Under the pieces are notes generated by a model that saw only the letters and a list, made by a program, of their open reading frames with translations, had not been told where the DNA came from and ran no database searches. The position numbers were made by a program, and so were the translations under genes. Positions 25,501-38,700 of a DNA stretch of 64,000 nucleotides are shown piece after piece (the stretch's first letter is position 1; each line of letters opens with the position of its first letter). Source of the stretch: Eledone cirrhosa (lineage: Eukaryota); NCBI GenBank assembly GCA_964016885.1, contig OZ024742.1, forward strand, positions 163,680,001 to 163,744,000. Reading direction: 5' to 3'.

Positions 25501-28500
25501 AATTATCTCCCCCTGATATTTTTTACAAATTATCTCCCCCTGATTTTTTTACAAATTATCTCCCCTTGGCTGGGTGGAAATTATCTCCCCTTGGAGGCTG
25601 GAATTTATCTCCCCTTGGACGGCTAGAAATTACCTCTCCTTGGACGGCTAGAAAATATGTCTCCTTGGACGGCTGGAAATTATCTCCCCTTGGACGGCTG
25701 GAAATTATCTCCTCTTGGACGGCTGGAAATTATCTCCCCTTGGGCGGCTAGATATTACCTCCCCTTGGACTACTGGAAATTATCTCCCCTTGATTTTTTT
25801 TACCAATTATCTCCCCCTGATTTTTTTTTACAAATTATCTCCCCCTGATTTTTTTTTACGAATTATCCCCGCCTAATTTTTTTTTATAAATGATCTCCCC
25901 ATGGACGGCTGGAAATTATCTGCCCTTGGACGGCTGGAAATTATCTCCCCTTGGACGGCTAGAAATTACCTCTCCTTGGACGGCTGAAAATTATCTCCCC
26001 TTGGACGGCTGCAAATTATCTCCCCTTGATTTTTTTAACAAATTATCTCCCCCTGATTTTTTTTACAAATTATCTCCCCCTGATTTTTTTTACAAATTAT
26101 CTACGCCTAATTTTTTTTACAAATTATCTCCCCCTGATTTTTTTTTACAAATTATCTCCCCCTGATTTTTTTTTACAAATTATCTCCCCCTGATTTTTTT
26201 TTTACAAATTATCCCCCCCCTGATTTTTTTTACAATCTCCGCCTGATTTTTTTAAAAATTATCTTCCCTTGGCTGGCGGGAAATTATCTCCCCTTGGACG
26301 GCTGGAAATTATATCCCCTTGGAAGGATGGAAATTATCTCCCCTTGGACGGCTGGAAATTATCTCCCCTTGGACGGCTGGAAATTATCTCCCCTTGGACA
26401 GCTGGAAATTATCTGCCCTTGATTTTGTTTTTACAAATTATCTCCCCCTGATTTTTTTTACAAATTATCTCCACCTGATTTTTTTAAAAATTATCTCCCC
26501 TTGGACGGCAGTAAATTATCTCTCCTTGGCTGGAAATTATCTCCCCTTGGACGGCTAGAAATTATCTCTATTTGGACGGCTGGAAATTATCTCCCTTTGA
26601 TTTTTTTTACAAATTATCTCCCTCTGATTTTTTTACAAATCTCCCCCTGATTTTTTTTTACAAATTATCTCTCCCTGATTTTTTTTTTACAAATTATCTC
26701 CGCCTGATTTTTTTTTAAAATTATCTCCCCTTGGACGGCTGGAAATTATCTCCCCTTGGACGGCTGGAAATTATCTCCCCTTGGACGGCTAGAAATTACC
26801 TCTCCTTGGACGACTGAAAATTATCTCCCCTTGGACGGCTGGAAATTATCTCCCCTTGGACGGCTGGAAATTATCTCCCCTTGGACGGCTGGAAATTATC
26901 TCCCCTTGGAGGCTAGAAATTACCTCTCCTTGGACGGCTGAAAATTATCTCCCCTTGGACGGCTGGAAATTATCTCCCCTTGATTTTTTTACAAATTATC
27001 TCCCCCTGATTTTTTTTTACAAATTATCTCCCCCTGATTTTTTTTTACAAATTATCTCCCCCTGATTTTTTTTTACAAATTATCACCCCCTGATTTTTAT
27101 TTACAAATTATCTTCCCCTGATTTTTTTTTACAAATTATCTTCCCTTGGCTGGCGGGAAATTATCTCCCCTTGGACGGCTGGAAATTATCTACCCTTGCA
27201 CGGCTGGAAATTATCTCCCCTTAGACGGCTAGAAATTACCTCTCCTTGGACGGCTGAAAATTATCTCCCCTTGGACGGCTGGAAATTATCTCCCCTTGGC
27301 TGGAAATTATCTCCCCTTGGACGGCTAGAAATTATCTCTCTTTGGACGGCTGGAAATTATCTCCCCTTGATTTTTATTACAAATTATCTCCCCCTGATTT
27401 TTTAAAAAAAAATTATCTCCCCTTCGCTGGCTGGAAATTATCTTCCCTTGGACGGCTGGAAATTATCTCCCCTTGATTTTTTTACAAATTATCTCCCCCT
27501 GATTTTTTTTACAAATATTCTCCCCCTGATTTTTTTTTACAAATTATCTCCCTCTGATTTTTTTTTACAAATTATCTCCGCCTGATTTTTTTAAAAAAAT
27601 TATCTCCCCTTGGACGGCTGGAAATTATCTCCCCTTGGACGGCTGGAAATTATCTCCCCTTGGACGGCTAGAAATTACCTCTCCTTGGACGGCTGAAAAT
27701 TATCTCCCCTTGGACGGCTGCAAATTATCTCCCCTTGATTTTTTTTACAAATTATCTCCCCCTGATTTTTTTTTACAAATTATCTCCCCCTGATTTTTTT
27801 TACAAATTATCTCCGCCTGATTTTTTTTAAAAAATTATCTCCCCTTGGACGGCTGGAAATTATCTCCCCTTGGACGGCTAGAAATTATCTCTCTTTGGAC
27901 GGCTGGAAATTATCTCCCCTTGGACACTGGAAATTATAGCCCCTTGGAGGGCTGGAAATTATCTTCCCTTGGACGGCTGGAAATTATCTCCCCTTGATTT
28001 TGTTTACAAATTATCTCCCCCTGATTTTTTTTTACAAATTATCTCCGCCTGATTTTTTTTAAAAATTATCTCTCCTTGGACGGCTGGAAATTATCTCCAC
28101 TTGATTTTTTTTACAAATTATCTCCCCCTGATTTTTTTTTACAAATTATCTACCCCTGATTTTTTTTTACAAATTATCTCCCCCTGATTTTTTTTACAAA
28201 TTATCTCCCCCTGATTTTTTTTACAAATTATCTCCCCCTGATTTTTTTACAAATTATCTCCCCCTGATTTTTTTTACAAATTATCTCCGCCTAATTTTTT
28301 TAAATATTATCTCCCCTTGATTTTTTTTACAAATTATCTCCCCCTGATTTTTTTTTACAAATTATCTCCCCCTGATTTTTTTTTACAAATTATCTTCCCC
28401 TGATTTTTTTTTACAAATTATCTCCCCCTGATTTTTTTTACAAATTATCTCCCCATGATTTTTTTACAAATTATCTCCCCTTGGCTGGCTGGAAATTATC

Positions 28501-31500
28501 TCCCCTTGGAGGCTGGAATTTATCTCCCCTTGGACGGCTAGAAATTACCTCTCCTTGGACGGCTGGAAAATATGTCTCCTTGGACGGCTGGATATTATCT
28601 ACCCTTGGACGGCTGGAAATTATCTCCCCTTGGACGGCTGGAAATTATCTCCCCTTGGACGGCTAGATATTACCTCCCCTTGGACGGCTGGAAATTATCT
28701 CCCCTTGATTTTTTTTACAAATTATCTCCCCCTGATTTTTTTACAAATTATCTCCCCCTGATTTTTCTACAAATTATCTCCGCCTAATTTTTTTAAATAT
28801 TATCTTCCCTTGGCTGGCGGGAAATTATCTCCCCTTGGACGGCTGAAAATTATCTCCCCTTGGACGGCTGGAAATTATCTCCCCTTGATTTTTTTACAAA
28901 TTATCTCCCCCTGATTATTTTTTACAAATTATCTCCCCCTGATTTTTTTTACAAATTATCTCCCCCTGATTTTTTTACAAATTATCTCCCCTTGGCTGGC
29001 TGGAAATTATCTCCCCTTGGAGGCTGGAATTTATCACCCCTTGGACGGTTAGAAATTACCTCTCCTTGGACGGCTGGAAAATATGTCTCCTTGGACGGCT
29101 GGAAATTATCTCCCCTTGGACGGCTGGAAATTATCTCCCCTTGGACGGCTGGAAATTATCTCTCCTCGGACGGCTAGAAATTACCTCTCCTTGGACGGCT
29201 GAAAATTATCTCCCAATGGAGGGCTGGAAATTATCTCCCCTTGATTTTTTTTACAAATTATCTCCCCCTGATTTTTTTTTACAAATTATCTCCCCCTGAT
29301 TTTTTTTTACAAATTATCTACCCCTGATTTTTTTTTACAAATTATCTCCCACTGATTTTTTTTACAAATTATCTCCCCCTGATTTTTTTTTTACAAATTA
29401 TCTTCGCCTGATTTTTTTAAAAAAATTATCTCCCCTTGGACGGCTGGAAATTATCTCCCCTTGGACGGCTGGAAATTATCTCCCCTTGGACGGCTAGAAA
29501 TTACCTCTACTTGGACGGCTGAAAATTATCTCCCCTTGGACGGCTGCAAATTATCTCCCCTTGATTTTTTTTACAAATTATCTCGCCCTGATTTTTTTTT
29601 ACAAATTATCTCCCCTTGATTTTTTTTCTACAAATTATCTCCCCCTGATTTTTTTTACAATCTCCGCCTGATTTTTTAAAAAATTACCTTCCCTTGGCTG
29701 GCCGGAAATTATCTCCCCTTGGACGGCTGGAAATTATCTCCCCTTGGAAGGATGGAAATTATCTCCCCTTGGACGGCTGGAAATTATCTCCCCTTGCACG
29801 GCTGGAAATTATGTCCCCTTGGACAGCTGGAAATTATCTGCCCTTGATTTTGTTTTTACAAATTATCTCCCCCTGATTTTTTTACAAATTATCTCCACCT
29901 GATTTTTTAAAAAATTATCTCCCCTTGGACGGCTGGAAATTATCTCCCCTTGGCTGGAAATTATCTCTCCTTGGACGGCTGGAAATTATCTCCCTTTGAT
30001 TTTTTTTACAAATTATCTCCCTCTGATTTTTTTTACAAATTTCCCCCTGATTTAAAAAAAAAAATTATCTCCCCTTCGCTGGCTGGAAATTATCTCCCCT
30101 TGGACACTGGAAATTATAGCCCCTTGGAGGGCTGGAAATTATCTTCCCTTGGACGGCTGGAAATTATCTCCCCTTGATTTCTTTTACAAATTATCTCCCC
30201 CTGATTTTTTTTTACAAATTATCTCCCCCTGATTTTTTTTTACAAATTATCTCCGCCTGATTTTTTTTTAAAATTATCTCTCCTTGGACGGCTGGAAATT
30301 ATCTCCCCTTGATTTTTTTTACAAATTATCTCCCTCTGATTTTTTTTACAAATTATCTCCCCCTGATTTTTTTTTACAAATTATCTCCCCCTGATTTTTT
30401 TTTAAAAATTATCTCCCCCTGATTTTTTTTACAAATTATCTCCCCCTGATTTTTTTTACAAATTATCTCCCCCTGATTTTTTTACAAATTATCTCCCCCT
30501 GATTTTTTTTACAAATTATCTCCGCCTAATTTTTTTAAATATTATCTTCCCTTGGCTGGCGGGAAATTATCTCCCCTTGGACGGCTGAAAATTATCTCCC
30601 CTTGGACGGCTGGAAATTATCTCCCCTTGATTTTTTTACAAATTATCTCCCCCTGATTATTTTTTACAAATTATCTCCCCCTGATTTTTTTTTACAAATT
30701 ATCTCCCCCTGATTTTTTTTACAAATTATCTCCCCCTGATTTTTTTACAAATTATCTCCCCTTGGCTGGCTGGAAATTATCTCCCCTTGGTGGCTGGAAT
30801 TTATCACCCCTTGGACGGTTAGAAATTACCTCTCCTTGGACGGCTGGAAAATATGTCTCCTTGGACGGCTGGAAATTATCTCCCCTTGGACGGCTGGAAA
30901 TTATCTCTCCTCGGACGGCTAGAAATTACCTCTCCTTGGACGGCTGAAAATTATCTCCCCTTGGACGGCTGGAAATTATCTCCCCTTGCACGGCTGGAAA
31001 TTATCTCCCCTTGGACAGCTGGAAATTATCTGCCCTTGATTTTGTTTTTACAAATTATCTCCCCCTGATTTTTTTTACAAATTATCTCCACCTGATTTTT
31101 TAAAAACTATCTCCCCTTGGACGGCTGGAAATTATCTCCCCTTGGACGGCTAGAAATTATCTCTCTTTGGACGGCTGGAAATTATCTCCCTTTGATTTTT
31201 TTTACAAATTATCTCCCTCTGATTTTTTTTACAAATTTCCACCTGATTTTTTTAAAAAAATTATCTCCCCTTCGCTGGCTGGAAATTATCTCCCCTTGGA
31301 CACTGGAAATTATAGCCCCTTGGAGGGCTGGAAATTATCTTCCCTTGGACGGCTGGAAATTATCTCCCCTTGATTTTTTTTACAAATTATCTCCCCCTGA
31401 TTTTTTTTTACAAATTATCTCCCCCTGATTTTTTTTTACAAATTATCTCCGCCTGATTTTTTTTTAAAATTATCTCTCCTTGGATGGCTGGAAATTATCT

Positions 31501-32769
31501 CCCCTTGATTTTTTTTACATATCATCTCCCCCTGATTTTTTTTACAAATTATCTCCCCCTGATTTTTTTTTACAAATTATCTACCCCTGATTTTTTTTTA
31601 CAAATTATCTCCCCCTGATTTTTTTTACAAATTATCTCCCCCTGATTTTTTTACAAATTATCTCCCCCTGATTTTTTTACAAATTATCTCCGCCTAATTT
31701 TTTTAAATATTATCTCCCCTTGGACGGCTGGAAATTATCTCCCCTTGATTTTTTTTACAAATTATCTCCCCCTGATTATTTTTTACAAATTATCTCCCCC
31801 TGATTTTTTTTTACAAATTATCTTCCCCTGATTTTTTTTTACAAATTATCTCCCCCTGATTTTTTTTACAAATTATCTCCCCATGATTTTTTTACAAATT
31901 ATCTCCCCTTGGCTGGCTGGAAATTATCTCCCCTTGGAGGCTGGAATTTATCTCCCCTTGGACGGCTAGAAATTACCTCTCCTTGGACGGCTGGAAAATA
32001 TGTCTCCTTGGACGGCTGGATATTATCTACCCTTGGACGGCTGGAAATTATCTCCCCTTGGACGGCTGGAAATTATCTCCCCTTGGACGGCTAGATATTA
32101 CCTCCCCTTGGACGGCTGGAAATTATCTCCCCTTGATTTTTTTTACAAATTATCTCCCCCTGATTTTTTTTACAAATTATCTCCCCCTGATTTTTTTACA
32201 AATTATCTCCCCCTGATTTTTCTACAAATTATCTCCGCCTAATTTTTTTAAATATTATCTTCCCTTGGCTGGCGGGAAATTATCTCCCCTTGGACGGCTG
32301 AAAATTATCTCCCCTTGGACGGCTGGAAATTATCTCCCCTTGATTTTTTTACAAATTATCTCCCCCTGATTATTTTTTACAAATTATCTCCCCCTGATTT
32401 TTTTTACAAATTATCTCCCCCTGATTTTTTTACAAATTATCTCCGCTTAATTTTTTTAAATATTATCTCCCCTTGGACGGCTGAAAATTATCTCCCCTTG
32501 GACGGCTGGAAATTATCTCCCCTTGATTTTTTTACAAATTATCTCCCCCTGATTATTTTTTACAAATTATCTCCCCCTGATTTTTTTTTACAAATTATCT
32601 CCCCCTGATTTTTTTTACAAATTATCTCCCCTTGGCTGGCTGGAAATTATCTCCCCTTGGAGGCTGGAATTTATCTCCCCTTGGACGGTTAGAAATTACC
32701 TCTCCTTGGACGGCTGGAAAACATGTCTCCTTGGACGGCTGGAAATTATCTCCCCTTGGACGGCTGGAA

Positions 32770-35700
32770 ATTATCTCCCCTTGCACGGCTGGAAATTATC
32801 TCTCCTCGGACGGCTAGAAATTACCTCTCCTTGGACGGCTGGAAATTATCTCCCCTTGATTTTTTTACAAATTATCTCCCCCTGATTTTTTTTTACAAAT
32901 TATCTCCCCCTGATTTTTTTTTACAAATTATCTCCCCCTCATTTTTTTTTACAAATTATCCTCCCCTGATTTTTTTACAAATTATCTCCCCTTGGCTGGC
33001 TGGAAATTATCTCCCCTTGGAGGCTGGAATTTATCTCCCCTTGGACGGCTAGAAATTACCTCGCTTTGGACGGTTGGAAAATATGTCTCCTTGGACGGCT
33101 GGAAATTATCTCCCCTTGGACGGCTGGAAATTATCTCCCCTTGGACGGCTGGAAATTATCTCCCCTTGGACGGCTAGATATTACCTCCCCTTGGACGGCT
33201 GGAAATTATCTCCCCTTGATTTTTTTTACAAATTATCTCCCCCTGATTTTTTTTTACAAATTATCTCCCCCTGATTTTTTTTACGAATTATCTCCCCCTG
33301 ATTTTTTTTTACAAATTATCTCCGCCTGATTTTTTTTAAAAAATTATCTCCCCTTGAACGGCCGGAAATTATCTCCCCTTGGACGGCTGGAAATTATCTC
33401 CCCTTGGACGGCTAGAAATTACCTCTCCTTGGACGGCTGAAAATTATCTCCCATTGGACGGCTGCAAATTATCTCCCCTTGATTTTTTTAACAAATTATC
33501 TCCCCCTGATTTTTTTTTACAAATTATCTCCCCCTGATTTTTTTTTACAAATTATCTACGCCTAATTTTTTTTACAAATTATCTCCCCCTGATTTTTTTT
33601 ACAAATTATCTCCCCCTGATTTTTTTTACCAATTATCTCCCCCTGATTTTTTTTTACAAATTATCTCCCCCTGATTTTTTTACAAATTATCTCACCCCTG
33701 ATTTTTTTTACAATCTCCGCCTGATTTTTTAAAAAATTATCTTCCCTTGGCTGGCGGGAAATTATCTCCCCTTGGACGGCTGGAAATTATATCCCCTTGG
33801 AAGGATGGAAATTATCTCCCCTTGGACGGCTGGAAATTATCTCCCCTTGTACGGCTGGAAATTATCTCCCCTTGGACAGCTGGAAATTATCTGCCCTTGA
33901 TTTTGTTTTTACAAATTATCTCCCCCTGATTTTTTTTACAAATTATCTCCACCTGATTTTTTAAAAAATTATCTCCCCTTGGACGGCTGGAAATTATCTC
34001 CCCTTGATTTTTTTTACAAATTATCTCCCCCTGATTTTTTTTTACAAATTATCTCCCCCTGATTTTTTTTTACAAATTATCTTCGCCTGATTTTTTTTAA
34101 AAATTATCTCTCCTTGGACGGCTGGATATTATCTCCCCTTTCATTTTTTTTATAAATTATCTCCCCCTGATTTTTTTTTACAAATTATCTCCCCCTGATT
34201 TTTTTTTACAAATTATCTACCCCTGATTTTTTTTTACAAATTATCTCCCCCTGATTTTTCTTACAAATTATCTCCCCCTGATTTTTTTTTTACAAATTAT
34301 CTCCCCCTGATTTTTTTACAAATTATCTCCCCCTGATTTTTTTTACAAATTATCTCCGCCTGATTTTTTTAAATATTATCTTCCCTTGGCTGGCGGGAAA
34401 TTATCTCCCCTTGGACGGCTGAAAATTATCTCCCCTTGGACGGCTGGAAATTATCTCCACTTGATTTTTTTTACAAATTATCTCCCCCTAATTTTTTTTT
34501 ACAAATTATCTCCCCCTGATTTTTTTTTACAAATTATCCCCCTGATTTTTTTTTACAAATTATCTCCCCCTGATTTTTTTTACAAATTATCTCCCCATGA
34601 TTTTTTTACAAATTATCTCCCCTTGGCTGGCTGGAAATTATCTCCCCTTGGAGGCTGGAATTAATCTCCCCTTGGACGGCTAGAAATTACCTCTCCTTGG
34701 ACGGCTGGAAAATATGTCTCCTTGGACGGCTGGATATTATCTACCCTTGGACGGCTGGAAATTATCTCCCCTTGGACGGCTGGAAATTATCTCCCCTTGG
34801 ACGGCTAGATATTACCTCCCCTTGGACGGCTGGAAATTATCTCCCCTTGATTTTTTTTACAAATTATCTCCCCCTGATTTTTTTTACAAATTATCTCCCC
34901 CTGATTTTTTTACAAATTATCTCCCCTTGATTTTTTTTACAAATTATCTCCGCCTAATTTTTTTAAATATTATCTTCCCTTGGCTGGCGGGAAATTATCT
35001 CCCCTTGGACGGCTGAAAATTATCTCCCCTTGGACGGCTGGAAATTATCTCCCCTTGATTTTTTTTACAAATTATCTCCCCCTGATTATTTTTTACAAAT
35101 TATCTCTTCCTGATTTTTTTTACAAATTATCTCCCCCTGATTTTTTTTACAAATTATCTCCCCCTGATATTTTTACAAATTATCTCCCCTTGGCTGGCTG
35201 GAAATTATCTCCCCTTGGAGGCTGGAATTTATCTCCCATTGGACGGCTAGAAAATACCTCTCCTTGGACGGCTGGAAAATATGTCTCCTTGGACGGCTGG
35301 AATTTATCTCCCCTTGGACGGCTGGAAATTATCTCCCCTTGGACGGCTGGAAATTATCTCTCCTTGGACGGCTAGAAATTACCTCTCCTTGGACGGCTGA
35401 AAATTATCTCCCCTTGGACGGCTGGAAATTATCTCCCCCTGATTTTTTTTTACAAATTATCTCCCCCTGATTTTTTTTTACAAATTATCTCCCCCTGATT
35501 TTTTTTTACAAATTATCTCCCCCTGATATTTTTTACAAATTATCTCCCCCTGATTTTTTTACAAATTATCTCCCCTTGGCTGGCTGGAAATTATCTCCCC
35601 TTGGAGGCTGGAAATTATCTCCCCTTGGACGGCTAGAAATTACCTCGCCTTGGACGGCTGGAAAATATGTCTCCTTGGACGGCTGGAAATTATCTCCCCT

Positions 35701-38700
35701 TGGACGGCTGGAAATTATCTCCCCTTGGACGGCTAGATATTACCTCCCCTTGGACGGCTGGAAATTATCTCCCCTTGATTTTTTTTTACAAATTATCTCC
35801 CCCTGATTTTTTTTTACAAATTATCTCCCCCTGATTTTTTTTTACGAATTATCTCCCCCTGATTTTTTTTACAAATTATCTCCGCCTGATTTTTTTAAAA
35901 AAATTATCTCCCCTTGGACGGCTGGAAATTATCTCCCCTTGATTTTTTTTACAAATTATCTCCCCCTGATTTTTTTTTACAAATTATCTCCCCCTGATTT
36001 TTTTTTACAAATTATCTACCCCTGATTTTTTTTTACAAATTATCTCCCCCTGATTTTTTTTACAAATTATCTCCCCCTGATTTTTTTTTTACAAATTATC
36101 TTCGCCTGATTTTTTTAAAAAAATTATCTCCCCTTGGACGGCTGGAAATTATCTCCCCTTGGACGGCTGGAAATTATCTCCCCTTGGACGGCTAGAAATT
36201 ACCTCTACTTGGACGGCTGAAAATTATCTCCCCTTGGACGGCTGCAAATTATCTCCCCTTGATTTTTTTTACAAATTATCTCCCCCTGATTTTTTTTTAC
36301 AAATTATCTCCCCTTGATTTTTTTTCTACAAATTATCTCCCCCTGATTTTTTTTACAATCTCCGCCTGATTTTTTAAAAAATTATCTTCCCTTGGCTGGC
36401 GGGAAATTATCTCCCCTTGGACGGCTGGAAATTATCTCCCCTTGGAAGGATGGAAATTATCTCCCCTTGCACGGCTGGAAATTATCTCCCCTTGGACAGC
36501 TGGAAATTATCTGCCCTTTATTTTGTTTTTACAAATTATCTCCCCCTGATTTTTTTTACAAATTATCTCCCCTTCGCTGGCTGGAAATTATCTCCCCTTG
36601 GACACTGGAAATTATAGCCCCTTGGAGGGCTGGAAATTATCTTCCCTTGGACGGCTGGAAATTATCTCCCCTTGATTTTTTTTACAAATTATCTCCCCCT
36701 GATTTTTTTTTACAAATTATCTCCCCCTGATTTTTTTTTACAAATTACCTCCGCCAGATTTTTTTTTAAAATTATCTCTCCTTGGACGGCTGGAAATTAT
36801 CTCCCCTTGATTTTTTTTACAAATTATCTCCCTCTGATTTTTTTTTTACAAATTATCTCCCCCTGATTTTTTTTTACAAATTATCTACCCCTGATTTTTT
36901 TTTACAAATTATCTCCCCCTGATTTTTTTTACAAATTATCTCCCCCTGATTTTTTTTACAAATTATCTCCCCCTGATTTTTTTACAAATTATCTCCCCCT
37001 GATTTTTTTTACAAATTATCTCCGCCTAATTTTTTTAAATATTATCTTCCCTTGGCTGGCGGGAAATTATCTCCCCTTGGACGGCTGAAAATTATCTCCC
37101 CTTGGACGGCTGGAAATTATCTCCCCTTGATTTTTTTACAAATTATCTCCCCCTGATTATTTTTTACAAATTATCTCCCCCTGATTTTTTTTTACAAATT
37201 ATCTCCCCCTGATTTTTTTTACAAATTATCTCCCCCTGATTTTTTTACAAATTATCTCCCCTTGGCTGGCTGGAAATTATCTCCCCTTGGAGGCTGGAAT
37301 TTATCACCCCTTGGACGGTTAGAAATTACCTCTCCTTGGACGGCTGGAAAATATGTCTCCTTGGACGGCTGGAAATTATCTCCCCTTGGACGGCTGGAAA
37401 TTATCTCTCCTCGGACGGCTAGAAATTACCTCTCCTTGGACGGCTGAAAATTATCTCCCCTTGGACGGCTGGAAATTATCTCCCCTTGATTTTTTTTACA
37501 AATTATCTCCGCCTGATTTTTTTAAAAATTATCTTCCCTTGGCTGGCGGGAAATTATCTCCCCTTGGACGGCTGGAAATTATCTCCCCTTGGAAGGATGG
37601 AAATTATCTCCCCTTGGACGGCTGGAAATTATCTCCCCTTGCACGGCTGGAAATTATCTCCCCTTGGACAGCTGGAAATTATCTGCCCTTGATTTTGTTT
37701 TTACAAATTATCTCCCCCTGATTTTTTTTACAAATTATCTCCACCTGATTTTTTAAAAAATTATCTCCCCTTGGACGGCTGGAAATTATCTCCCCTTGGA
37801 CGGCTAGAAATTATCTCTCTTTGGACGGCTGGAAATTATCTCCCTTTGATTTTTTTTACAAATTATCTCCCTCTGATTTTTTTTACAAATTTCCCCCTGA
37901 TTTTTTTAAAAAAATTATCTCCCCTTCGCTGGCTGGAAATTATCTCCCCTTGGACACTGGAAATTATAGCCCCTTGGAGGGCTGGAAATTATCTTCCCTT
38001 GAACGGCTGGAAATTATCTCCCCTTGATTTTTTTTACAAATTATCTCCCCATGATTTTTTTTTACAAATTATCTCCCCCTGATTTTTTTTTACAAATTAT
38101 CTCCGCCTGATTTTTTTTTTAAATTATCTCTCCTTGGACGGCTGGAAATTATCTCCCCTTGATTTTTTTTACATATCATTTCCCCCTGATTTTTTTTTAC
38201 AAATTATCTCCCCCTGATTTTTTTTTACAAATTATCTACCCCTGATTTTTTTTACAAATTATCTCCACCTGATTTTTTTACAAATTATCTCCCGCTGATT
38301 TTTTTTACAAATTATCTCCGCCTAATTTTTTTAAATATTATCTCCCCTTGGACGGCTGAAAATTATCTCCCCTTGGACGGCTGGAAATTATCTCCCCTTG
38401 ATTTTTTTACAAATTATCTCCCCCTGATTATTTTTTACAAATTATCTCCCCCTGATTTTTTTTTACAAATTATCTCCCCCTGATTTTTTTTACAAATTAT
38501 CTCCCCCTGATTTTTTTTACAAATTATCTCCCCTTGGAGGCTGGAATTTATCTCCCCTTGGACGGTTAGAAATTACCTCTCCTTGGACGGCTGGAAAATA
38601 TGTCTCCTTGGACGGCTGGAAATTATCTCCCCTTGGACGGCTGGAAATTATCTCCCCTTGCACGGCTGGAAATTATCTCTCCTCGGACGGCTAGAAATTA

